Shown here: piece after piece, positions 51,901 to 59,300 of the stretch
How positions within the stretch are numbered: the stretch's first letter is position 1
Layout of the letters: every line of letters starts with the position of its first letter
Source of the DNA: Minisyncoccota bacterium
GTDB taxonomy: Bacteria > Patescibacteriota > Minisyncoccia > Phycocordibacterales > JABAAK01
Length of the DNA stretch: 64,000 nt
Assembly (NCBI GenBank): GCA_963668425.1
Contig: OY764332.1
Location: 524,336 to 588,335 of the forward strand
Reading direction: 5' to 3'
Translations under genes and position numbers: made by a program
The notes under the pieces: model-generated
Database searches by the model: none
Told to the model about the DNA's origin: nothing
The model's input: the letters and a program-made list of their open reading frames with translations, nothing else

Positions 51901-54579
51901 AACGAATCAGGAACACTCTACACCACCTCAGGTACCAAGACCATCACCGGTATTACCGCACCAGAGGCACAGGTACTCATCAAACTGGCAGACGCAACAG
52001 ATGACCCCTCAACGTACACCACCAGTAACCTGCAGGACACCTCATTTGCAACCATCTCCTTTGCTATACCAACCGGCGAGACAACCTTTGAGCAACCCCT
52101 CAGTATTGGATCAGGTGACACCGGCAAGAAGGTGGTCGGATGGATATGGACGGATGCAGCTGATGCAACCACTGCAACCCCAGCAATCACCCTCGGTACC
52201 TTGACGGTAGACGACACTGCACCAACTATTACCGCAGGAGTCATCGCATCAAGCAACGCAAACCCCGCCTTTGCAAAGCAAGGAGACACTATCACCGCAT
52301 CCTTTACTACCTCAGAAGCAATCATCGCAGAGACCACCACTATCAACGGCATCCCCGCATCCTGTTCTGACACCAACAACACCTTCTCCTGTGCTGCAAC
52401 CCTTACCAACGTAGCGACTGAAGGACCTGCAACGGTTGTAATAGCGGTCACTGACAAAGCAGGGAATACCACGAACAGAACTATCACCAACCCCGACATC
52501 ACCGTAGATGCTATGGCACCGGCAGTAACCATCACCAACCTCAGAACAAAACACCTCGCCACAACTGGCACTCAAACCTTTACCCTCACCCTTACCGATA
52601 CCAACCAAATCAACCCCGGTACCTACGTCTTCACCGCAACCGGAGCAACCCTTTCAACCTGTCAGATTGTTGTACCGGCAACCAGTAACAACGAACAAAC
52701 AACCTGTACCATCACCACCTCTTCTGCTACAGACGGCACCGCTGTATCACTGACCGTACCAACCCTCACTGATGCCTCAGGAAACACCAAAGTATCTCAC
52801 CAAACAACCCTCGGCTACGTAGACACCCAAGCACCAACCATCACCTCAATCACCTCATTTGACGACTCACGAACAAAGAAGTTTTCCTTTACCGTAGCTG
52901 TAACCCACAACCAACACACAAGCAACACCAACCCAGAAACCCTCACCACAGTATTTTCAGGAGATTGTAGTAGATTTGAAGCAGAGACAGATGCCTGGAC
53001 AGGTACCACCACCGGTACCTACACCACTACCTTCTCCGCACCAAAAGGTACATACAAAACCTGTGCTCTCGCTCTCAGAGATGAAGCAGGTAACACCTCA
53101 GCAACCCAGACCTTTGACCAGTTCACTGTCAAAGGTGGAGGAGGGATAGGACGTATCGGAGACGTAGCCCGCAATGCTATCTCCTCCCTTTTTGATGTAT
53201 TTGACGGAGCTGAACAAGCGGAACAGACACCAACCCCAACCACCGCACCAACCCCACCTGTCTTTGACATCGGGCAACCGGGACAGCAAGAGCAAATACT
53301 CTTCACCAGAGACCTCACCATCGGCTCAATCGGAGAAGATGTCAGAGCACTCCAAAGCATGCTTAACACCCTTGGCTTCATCGTATCTACAACCGGAGCA
53401 GGATCTCCAGGAGCAGAGAGTACTTACTTTGGCGAGAAGACCAGACAAGCCCTCATTCGTTATCAAGAGGCACACAGTATTACTCCAGCATTCGGTTACT
53501 TTGGACCACGTACCAGAGCGCATATACAAGGACAAGGACAGCAATTACCAGAGGCGACTACACCAACGACACAACCCTTTGCGGCAGAGCAACAAGCACC
53601 AGTAGCGTCTGTTGTCGTTGAGGAAGCAATCTTCTTTATCAGAGACCTCACCATCGGCTCAGAGGGAGCAGATGTCAAAGCACTCCAAAGCATGCTCAAC
53701 ACCCTTGGCTTCATCGTATCTACAACCGGAGCAGGATCTCCAGGAGCAGAGAGTATTTACTTTGGCGAGAAGACCAGACAAGCCCTTATTCGTTACCAAG
53801 AGGCAAACAGTATCACCCCGGCATCGGGCTACTTCGGACCACGTACCAGAGCACAGATACAAAGGCAGCAACTCGTAAGAAGTGCGGTAGAAGAGGTTAG
53901 ATCATCTATTGAAACGGCAGAACAAGAGGAAGAGGAGCGACGAGAACAACAGTCATCTCCTGAACAACAGCAACAAGCACAACCGACACAAGAGCAGACA
54001 ACGGGCTATGTGTCAATTGCCGACACACTACACAGAGTGAATCAATCAACTTTTGGTGGAGCGCCAACTCTTTCACAGGAGCAATCAGCACAACAACAAG
54101 TATTGTCATTTATTGAAGAGGCACCCTTTGCCGGCTTTACCAGAGACCTCACTCTTGGCTCAGAAGGAGCAGATGTCAAAGCACTCCAAAGCATGCTTAA
54201 CAATCTCGGCTTCATCGTATCTACAACCGGAGCAGGATCTCCAGGAGAGGAGGGCACTTACTTTGGCGAGAAGACCAGACAAGCCCTTATTCGTTATCAA
54301 GAGGCAAACAGTATCACCCCGGCATCGGGCTACTTCGGATCACGTACCAGAGCACAGATACAAGGACAGCAACCAGCACCAGTAGAAGAAGTCAGATCAT
54401 CTGTTGAAACGGCAGAACAAGAAGAAGAGGAGCGACGAGAACAACAGGTATCTCCTGAACAACAGCAACAAGCACAACCAACACAACAGGAAGAAGAGGA
54501 TGCCGCGGACTATGAACCAATTACTGACCCACTATTCCGTGTGCGTACACTGCCTTCCCATGGAGCGCCAGAATTTTAG
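39913..54579 (+). CDS. giant surface protein 2 (4888 aa): signal peptide, one N-terminal non-Ig module, more than 45 Ig-like repeats, three C-terminal peptidoglycan-binding domains
   Basis: N-terminus MIRTIAVPHTKGKGLAKYILLNGVLLFILLLSTVSAQA. Repeats of about 90-100 aa carry DLKASSDSGSSDTDNITNDNTPTFTVSGL … VTIDTTAP. Three PG_binding_1-like repeats lie near 53300, 53630 and 54130. The C-terminus is LFRVRTLPSHGAPEF. Confidence 0.85.
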   Translation: MIRTIAVPHTKGKGLAKYILLNGVLLFILLLSTVSAQAVVLVSNFGQTAEPTGGIELTGSAYFHQEFTTPAGSDSYTLTSVELNVVQAASADQVNKTVIVHMYEVDTTNTGNDTRLATVTSSPGFFDSVGDKTFDFSDSDVTLAPNTTYAVRLRGSGYLTDPFSAGGIVPHIRRHSDTDEDAGGLAGWTIANNVFFVNLDTTSTSAILSMRLNGELQQEEGISLLSSSDSGSSDTDNITNDNTPELLLAGFTDGATVTVTADHATAADVTASRTGDGSVTLATLADGEWALSATDTTNIHTLTITVDTSAPTAITSVSSIPTGSDTTPDLSFTAPEAGTLVANSACGITAEAVTSGSNTITLTALAPAIYASCTIQMADVAGNNSPTANIPSFTITGPTIDLKSTSDTGTSDTDNITRDNTPTFTVSGLSGTVTVTADHATEADVTNTRSGNGDVTLGALADGVWSVSASDGTTTTPSISVTIDLVGPASLITGVSSIGTTSDTTPDLTFTTPEAGTLVANTACGITAQAVIAGENTITLTALAPGTYGSCTIEMTDIAGNYAIPATSIPSFTITGPAVDLKASSDSGSSDTDNITNDNTPTFTVLGLDNSATVTVTADHATLTDVTATRSGNGDVTLGTLADGVWSVSASDGTTTTSSISVTINYSGAPGRIASISAIGTTSDTTPDLTFTTVEAGTLVANTACGITAQAVILGENTITLTELTNGTYSTCQITMTNVAGNASVPANIPSFTITGPSIDLKAGSDSGSSNTDNLTNDNTPTFTVSGLSGTVTVTADHATLTDVTATRTGNGDVTLGTLADGVWSVSASDGTTTTPSISVTIDTLGPATFTSSISSIGTTADTTPDLTFTSSEAGIVQSNTACGITAQEVTSGSNTITLTELAPGTYSTCVIWMIDLAGNPSSNTPIPSFTIIVPAVDLKASSDSGSSDTDNITNDNTPTFTVSGLDNSAQVRVGASQSGETNVTASRTGNGDVTLPTLAEGVWTVSATDGTTITSTISVTIDTVAPLKPGTPTIASSSYDTGTSSSDYITSNTRPLFTSAPSESVFAEYTIGSTVFPVSARGTYTFRPTSALADGVHSISVISIDLAGNRSVASGTRSFAIDTTAPAITGVGSIGTTADNTPDLSFTASEAGVLVANSGCGITAATVTSGANTITLTAFTPATYASCTINMSDVAGNSGTAVSIPSFTITGPDVDLKASSDTGTSDTDNITNDNTPTITVLGFDDSATITVVADHATAADVSTSRSGNGDVTLPTLADGEWAITVTDGSSIVTHNITVDTTDPTAITNVGSIGSVTDATPDLTFTTPEAGVLVANGGCGITAQAVTSGSNTITLTALTNGTYASCTIQMADVAGNNSPTAAIPSFTITGPAIDLKASSDSGDSDTDNVTNDNTPTFTVSGLSGTTIIVTASQTGENDVTKLISGNGDVTLGTLVDGVWSVVASNGTTTTPAISVTIDTVAPLKSGTPTITPRSLDTGISNTDHITSNTRPSFTSPPRETSLFLEFTLDSTVLPLTRRGGATFRPASALADGVYNISAISIDLAGNRSPASDTRSFTIDTTVPVISNVGSIPTSIDTTPDLTFTASEAGVLVANTACGITAQAVTSASNTITLTALTPATYNTCTINMKDVAGNTGTAVSIPSFTIADGPIVDLKASSDSGSSDTDNITNDDTPTITVSNYVSGASVTVTASQTGETNVTASRTGNGDVTLGTLAEGVWTVSATDGTTTSNEIEITIDTTVPSKRALVTIDTGISNSDGIVNDNTPGISIHGVLLTGFTVRWTIDGSVDSSITTDSFISATLSEGSHTFAVEIFDIAGNKSPISDTLTLIIDTTVPVISGVSSIGTTANNVPELTFTASEAGVLVANTACGITAQAVTSGSNTITLTELAIATYASCTINMSDVAGNTGTAVNVPSFTIQAGPRIDLKASSDSGSSNTDNITNHSTPIFIISGFDTSAALRMTATHATADAVTTHHTGNGEVLTSSELVDGVWSVSVATTDGTVTSPSISVTIDKTAPTKPYTANLFNLSDTGSSNTDNITNDTTPDIGQDQTETQTDITYEWTVDGVIDTSVTGSTYTPSTALTEGSHTFLIKLVDTAGNKSPSSDNFSITIDTTDPTISGISAIGTTFDDTPDLTFTTSEAGVLVANSGCGITAKTVTSGTNTITLTTLSRTTHASCTIQMTDVAGNTGDATVIGSFTIETGGIAIAALATSHAPSREATATVTGSSPSGLNWALFDPGATPAETCGSGLTFSNTYTSETAVTIASAEADNGKKACFRATVSGTTVYQETDTIAGIDATNPSALLTLQTQLGSGSKTAFTTATSNIFFKVGDKFILTDASTDTGGSGIDTSTRGLTLTRGTQQQHTDGNATTETTTASAGAWTYTVGAGDNGILKYDYSISDRAGNSGSADLTITNLFIDTTAPTAPILDLDTASDSGFLQGDNLTNDTTPSFTITNPTAQITGSAINNEAGKSEEVIEWHMTAAGSSTFTKQTGSATTFTPATALTDGVYKIKALFKDKAGNTTESTVITFTIDTAAPAKPPVPGFFDGDTGISSTDNITNNNSSFIIGATSSEPSNATFEWTLNSDVQSIPSIGFSPTSALADGVYTISVKITDAAGNQSPASDDFTFTIDTTAPSAPSSIETGFIINNATPTIAFDATTGTNDIGAYKVHVITNTTLTDETCPAKAVTTDTLTTFANTVTSAAAGVTFFTGPTALTEGKYCVYIEQSDIAGNRVISSAEVLYIDTTPIDVSGIVVDLLDAFDSTRPEVTEDGESDSDGVWTPGKTDDYTKETTVTIEISNIPVETIMGKRRNVGLLLLLPDLTPTVATRAPDFENPTTDTVSHTFTGVSLIGHATTAYLPNNNLLLLSIYDQAGNSAVINRNFVADTETKAPNTPNLAATSDSGALDTDNYTNAEYLDIVVEDDDGDTNREYPTIVRLYTWVDTATNAGVVDASELTPVQVEASPSDTTDNLAATPYLLKGSSAGADVTFQNVVLPEGTHLLVAGQIDKAGNDEAYSPALTITVDRTAPDAPGAPDLHQDDDSRGVHANSARDGTDEDDITNNTTELDFAAQASGTSGAHDQHQIRFYLWTKADAADTSVGDSELTELKSVAVDAASNIQTISDAGYTANGERGAAKQLYTSTDTALTDGFHYFVAKQYDVAGNLSAVSDALRIFVDTQAPDPITVDPTLHPTSDSGASNNDKQTSSADLLFTFNPTPMSGDIDYFEVRRKRLNSDLSDAETTFTYPSDADTVEQTSYEFLAKNAAQSALVAEAGNTYADGAYASGGAVKISAMDISHFNTWYAFSIYAVDIAGNVRQGSNSTNVRILVPPPTPTKMDLSATKDSGALDTDNTTNETSWTLSGSYQNTSQAEQDNDAAAGVKRIVVSVSKLDSQNQATETLTHTFTTDTDQNLTNDIAVPSNANDPYTYTYTFDATTFTTLEDGAYLVTAAAYNSAGETGGQSASLTITLDRVAPTPEEHITLRTKSFTGSTNQEYIFSYANPSNNEPNASIVLADADGATVRTLDSTNPTYTHTTANAITEYTATYIDAAGNSSEAVTLLAVSLPPTLTSYTTATNSYIVIAAPQQGATIATTTQYNAQSSNLCDPTGSRISAATFATNEIKTSVTTDYCVEAVDSAGNVRTIRIKADANDLIANAAVHDEDDAGSSQHDNKTNIPNPRYTATTLPGSTVRIQSRVQASPANTWTDIHTVTADADTGMFTIQTILPDPVTADAVVELQGFVSNATLGTSAIGPITLSPVTLDVTAPQAPSAPALAAGDDTGSVNSDAVTSTTTNLTFAYTGLSAENGGFVRMYAGSTLLGATVIASGSASVSITLAEGVHTLVAKLIDEAGNEGPASPPLTVTIDTTDPAITIIRLNDEDTTIDVNTRFIAVAADQTTLIFKVVEETKASCTARTIDANTAYTSGALFNPSDSSTNGYCFVVTDLAGNRATMHTDDAIEGVGSFAIQGGTNESGTLYTTSGTKTITGITAPEAQVLIKLADATDDPSTYTTSNLQDTSFATISFAIPTGETTFEQPLSIGSGDTGKKVVGWIWTDAADATTATPAITLGTLTVDDTAPTITAGVIASSNANPAFAKQGDTITASFTTSEAIIAETTTINGIPASCSDTNNTFSCAATLTNVATEGPATVVIAVTDKAGNTTNRTITNPDITVDAMAPAVTITNLRTKHLATTGTQTFTLTLTDTNQINPGTYVFTATGATLSTCQIVVPATSNNEQTTCTITTSSATDGTAVSLTVPTLTDASGNTKVSHQTTLGYVDTQAPTITSITSFDDSRTKKFSFTVAVTHNQHTSNTNPETLTTVFSGDCSRFEAETDAWTGTTTGTYTTTFSAPKGTYKTCALALRDEAGNTSATQTFDQFTVKGGGGIGRIGDVARNAISSLFDVFDGAEQAEQTPTPTTAPTPPVFDIGQPGQQEQILFTRDLTIGSIGEDVRALQSMLNTLGFIVSTTGAGSPGAESTYFGEKTRQALIRYQEAHSITPAFGYFGPRTRAHIQGQGQQLPEATTPTTQPFAAEQQAPVASVVVEEAIFFIRDLTIGSEGADVKALQSMLNTLGFIVSTTGAGSPGAESIYFGEKTRQALIRYQEANSITPASGYFGPRTRAQIQRQQLVRSAVEEVRSSIETAEQEEEERREQQSSPEQQQQAQPTQEQTTGYVSIADTLHRVNQSTFGGAPTLSQEQSAQQQVLSFIEEAPFAGFTRDLTLGSEGADVKALQSMLNNLGFIVSTTGAGSPGEEGTYFGEKTRQALIRYQEANSITPASGYFGSRTRAQIQGQQPAPVEEVRSSVETAEQEEEERREQQVSPEQQQQAQPTQQEEEDAADYEPITDPLFRVRTLPSHGAPEF
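49069..54579. repeat. about 5-kb segmental duplication, copy in giant gene 2 (matches 32383-37440; 12-nt indel and an extra PG-binding repeat)
   Basis: Collinear near-identity; QASGSNVETNGAHDQ in copy 1 vs QASGTSGAHDQ in copy 2. Confidence 0.8.
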
Positions 54580-54713
54580 TCATTGAATACTCTCTTTTAT
54601 CGTAAGATTGCACAGTGATGGTGTGGTCATTGTCTGCCTTGCTGTCTCTCATCTGTCTGATGGATGTTGCGTTGGATGAGGTGCTGTAGTAGTGTTATAG
54701 TGTCTTTTATCTG

Positions 54714-55014
54714 TAACGTGTAAAAATATCCTTATTCTATAGGATATTATTTTGTGTGTTGGATAAATGTCTTTAGTTTACAAGGTTTTTGTGTGTGTTT
54801 ACAGTATGCTGTTAAGTGTAACGTGTAAAAATATCCTTATTCTATAGGATATTATTTTGTGTGTTGGATAAATGTCTTTAGTTTACAAGGTTTTTTTGTG
54901 TGTTTACAGTATGCTGTTAAGTGTAACGTGTAAAAATATCCTTATTCTATAGGATATTATTTTGTGTGTTGGATAAATGTCTTTAGTTTACAAGGTTTTT
55001 TTGTGTGTTTACAG
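54714..55014. repeat. three tandem 105-bp repeats, each with the perfect palindrome aatatcct-N8-aggatatt
   Basis: Unit starts at 54714, 54819 and 54924; the units are near-identical; the third is truncated just before the downstream start codon. Confidence 0.8.
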
Positions 55015-55033
55015 TGTATGGTACTATGATGTT

Positions 55034-56005
55034 ATGGATAAGAAAGAAACCACAGAAGAACATCTGTTGCGCTTGCTTGAACAGAAAAGAAGCCCTACTT
55101 CTCTTTCTGAGGAGGTTGGTGTTAGTCGACAAAACATACATCGTTATTTAGATGCCTTCATAAAACGGGGGATAGTGGAAAAATTTGGCATTCCGCCTTC
55201 TGTCTATTACATCAAACGAACACCACATATACTTGATACATTTGCATATCTAACGCCGGCAGGAGATTTGCTTGAGGGAGATGAAGCGTTTGTTGCGTGG
55301 TCCAGGAGAAATCTTAAAAAATTGACATTGCATGAGAAGGAGGAGCGGTATATGAAATTGATGGAAGCATTGGAGAGCAAAAAGGACCAAGGGTTCTTTT
55401 CCCTGATCGGCAAGTTATCTGCATTAGAGGAAATTGGTGAGACAATACACCTTTCTTCTCTTAAGGTGATTGAGCTCTCTAGATTGGAGGATTTTGGTCG
55501 AACACACCTTCAGTATTTGTTGGAATCCGCGAAATCTGTAAAGAATACAGAACGCAGAGAGCCCGGTATGCGTGCTGTTGGAAAGATTATTGATAGAGTG
55601 TTTCCTAAGATAGAGCGCCATGCTGCACAAATGGAGGTTGATGCGGTAGCTTTTGTGCCTCATACGCTGAAGAGGGGTGTTCAGCTGATGGAAGAGATAA
55701 AAAAGGAATGGAAGAAAAAATCCACTATACCAGTTATAGAAGTGAAAAAAATATTTGGGTCTGAGGCAAGGGAGCAAAAAAGCATTAAGGACGTTAGGGA
55801 GCGAATTGAGAATGCTGAAAAAACCTTTCAAGTAACTGCCGGTCCATCGTATGAAAACGTTATGCTTGTGGATGATTTTATTGCTTCGGGGGCAACGCTC
55901 AATCAGGTTGCAAAAGAGATACAAGGGGTACGCGAAGCAGAACAGGTGTTTGGATTGGCGCTGGTAGGAGAGGAGAAAGGGTATTCGGTTATACGGAGCG
56001 TGTAG
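55034..56005 (+). CDS. PurR-like regulator: N-terminal winged HTH + C-terminal type I phosphoribosyltransferase domain
   Basis: HTH region LLRLLEQKRSPTSLSEEVGVSRQNIHRYLDAFIKRGIVEK; PRPP-binding motif VMLVDDFIASGATL; start at ATG 55034 (MDKKETTEEHL), just after the repeats. Confidence 0.55.
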   Translation: MDKKETTEEHLLRLLEQKRSPTSLSEEVGVSRQNIHRYLDAFIKRGIVEKFGIPPSVYYIKRTPHILDTFAYLTPAGDLLEGDEAFVAWSRRNLKKLTLHEKEERYMKLMEALESKKDQGFFSLIGKLSALEEIGETIHLSSLKVIELSRLEDFGRTHLQYLLESAKSVKNTERREPGMRAVGKIIDRVFPKIERHAAQMEVDAVAFVPHTLKRGVQLMEEIKKEWKKKSTIPVIEVKKIFGSEAREQKSIKDVRERIENAEKTFQVTAGPSYENVMLVDDFIASGATLNQVAKEIQGVREAEQVFGLALVGEEKGYSVIRSV

Positions 56006-56363
56006 TTTGCTGTGAGGTTTGTTGTTGCCTGCCTTGGCGTGTCTTGTTTGTCTGATGGATGAGGATTGTTGTTGCGTTTGTTTCTTGTAGCTACCAAACA
56101 AGTCCACGGACTTGCCGTTGCAGTTGTAAAAAAACGAACACTGCACCGAACTACCCATGAACAAGCATTACTCAAGGTAAACATGCCGAGGTACATTGCC
56201 ATATCTTTGTACGATAAAAACGAAATAAACGGTTATTACAAAAATAATGTGTGAAAAGTTTTATACACAATACACTTTTAGTAAAGCAAAGAAAAGAATA
56301 GAATAGAGATATACTAGTAGTAATGGTGAGTAAGTAAAGAATTCTAAATTGTCAGATATATAT

Positions 56364-59300
56364 ATGATACGTACTATGGCAGTGCCACATACAAAAGGTA
56401 AAGGTCTTGCAAAATATATACTCCTCAACGGAGTCCTTCTTTTCATACTTCTCCTTTCAACCGTTTCAGCGCAAGCGCAAACCGTTGACCTTGCCACTGC
56501 ATCAGACACTGGTATAACATCAGGCGGTGTAGCATCAACAGACAAGATTACTAGTGACACCACACCAGATATTGTAATAACTGGATACAGTTCTGGAGAT
56601 ACCATAACCGTAACCGCAACACATGCAACTGCAAGTGATGTAACGGCAACCATAACAGGAAATGGAACGGTAACCCTCGGAGCCCTTGCCGAGGGGGTCT
56701 GGAGTATAACAGCAGACGCAGGAGGGACAAGCTCTAACACTCTAGAGATAACGGTGCTTGCTGAACTGGTAAGCACGATGGGGCAGAGTGATGATGGTGG
56801 AGTAGTACAGGTGGGTAGACATTCGGGTACTGAGACAAGAAAGGTAGCTCAAAAATTTACAACAGGAAGAGCAGGATACACAGTAAAAGAAATACATTTT
56901 GACGTAGCAACAGCATACAACGACGGAGGTAATAACCAAAATATTGAACTAGAAATAATGACAGCAAACGGAGATAACCCTGGTTCAAGAGTAGGAGGTA
57001 TCCTCAACGGCTTTACAGAGTCATCTGTGACTGTCGGTGACTATAAATATGAAATTCCGTCGAATAAATGGGTCACTCTTGCACCAAACACTGAGTATTT
57101 CCTAGTATTTCAAATAAAATTTCTTGCTATCAGTACTTTTAGCCTACAGCAAACGGCAAGTAATGCCGAAACTGGTCTACCAGAGTGGTCTATGGAAGAT
57201 GCATGTAGAACAACAGTCGTTCTGTCACAGAGTCATCTTTTCGGTAGTGCAGGTACTTGGGGGAACTGTGCAAGTGACGCTACAGTAAAATTAGGTCTAT
57301 ACGGTAATACAAATCCTTCCGTTTTCCTCAAAGCAAGCTCAGACACAGGTTCCTCAAACATCGACAACATTACCAACGACGTTACACCAACCTTCACTGT
57401 CTCAGGACTTGATGATAATGAATTAGTAACAGTAACTGCAACTCAGGCTGGTGAGACTACTGCAATTAGAGCAAGAAGTGGTAATGGAGACATTACACTC
57501 CCAACACTTGCCAATGGCGTGTGGAGAGTGAGGGCAGGCGATGGAACCACTACCACCCCTTACATTAGCGTTACTATAGACCGTACGAGTCCTACTGCCA
57601 TCACTAGTGTCAGTAGTATAGGGACTGTAGCGGATACCACTCCTGACGTAACCTTTACTACACCAGAAGCAGGAGTATTGGTGGCGAATAGTGCGTGTGG
57701 TATCACTGCAGAGGCAGTTACATCTGGAACAAATACCATCACCCTTACTGCACTTACTAATGGAACCTACGCCTCTTGTACTATCCAGATGGCTGATGTA
57801 GCAGGAAATACTTCACCTACAGCAACCATTCCTTCCTTTACAATCACAGGACCAGCAATTGATCTTAAGTCCGCTTCAGACACAGGAACTTCTGACACCG
57901 ACAACATTACCAACGACGTTACACCAACCTTCACTGTCTCAGGACTTGATGACAATGCAACAGTAAGATTAGCTGCATCTCAGTCGGGTGAGACTAATGT
58001 AACTGGCTCAAGAACTGGTAATGGAGACGTTACGCTAGGAACACTTGTAGAGGGTGTATGGTCAGTAGCAGCAACCGACGGAACCACTGTCATAACTCTC
58101 GATATTACCGTAGACACCACTGCCCCTACTGCTATCACCAGCATAAGCTCTATACCAACTGGAACCGATACCACTCCTGACCTTACCTTCACTGCATCAG
58201 AAGCGGGAGTACTAGTAGCGAATACTGCGTGTGGTATCACTGCAGAGGCAGTCACAACTGGATCAAGCACTATCACGCTGACTGCACTTGCTCCTGGCAC
58301 CTACGCCTCTTGTACTATCCAGATGGCTGATGTAGCAGGAAATACTTCACCTACAGCAACCATTCCTTCCTTTACAATCACAGGACCAATCATTGATCTT
58401 AAGGCAAGCTCAGATTCAGGAAATTCTGACACCGACAACATTACCAATGACGATACACCAACCTTCACCGTTACAGGACTTGATGGTGGTGCAACAGTAA
58501 CAGTAACCGCAAGTAAATCTGGGGAGACCAGTGTAACTAACACAAGAACTGGTAATGGAGACGTTACCCTAGGAACACTTGTAGATGGCGTGTGGTCAGT
58601 GTCGGCATCAGATGGAACAACTACCACCTCTTCCATTAGCGTTACGATAGATACAGTTGCACCAACAAAGCCAAGCACTCCTACCATTGCCTCTCCTTCT
58701 CATGACACAGGTATCTCAAGCACCGACTATATTACCAGCAACACCCGCCCCGTCTTTCACGCAGCTCACGCTGAAACAGTTTTTGCTGAACACACACTTG
58801 ATTCTACTGTTCTCCCCCTTGCTGAATATGGTGCTCATGCCTTTACATCAGCATCGGCATTAGCAGATGGGGTACACACCCTCTCAGTAATATCAATTGA
58901 CCTTGCAGGAAACAGATCACCTGCTTCAGATACCCGTTCCTTTACCATTGACACTACTGCTCCTGTTATCTCTGCTGTTAGTAGTATAGGGTCAACAATA
59001 GATACCACTCCTGATCTTTCCTTCACCACATCAGAAGCAGGAACCTTAGTAGCGAATAGTGCCTGTGGTATCACTGCACAAGCAGTTACAAGTGGATCAA
59101 ACACTATCACATTAACAGAATTAAGTGTCGCCACCTATGCCTCTTGTACTATCAACATGAGTGATGTAGCAGGAAACACAGGAACAGCAGTCAGTATTAC
59201 TTCTTTTACCATTCAATTAGGACCAAAAATAGTCCTCAAAACTGCTTCAGATTCAGGAAGTTCTAACACTGACAACATCACCAATCACACCACACCAATT

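Noticed and set aside
26605-54579. Diversity-generating retroelement (DGR) acting on the giant-protein C-termini
   Set aside because: There is no reverse-transcriptase ORF anywhere in the window. Differences between repeat copies are not adenine-specific.
54714-55014. CRISPR array
   Set aside because: The repeat unit is 105 bp and near-identical over its whole length, with no unique spacers. No cas genes are nearby.
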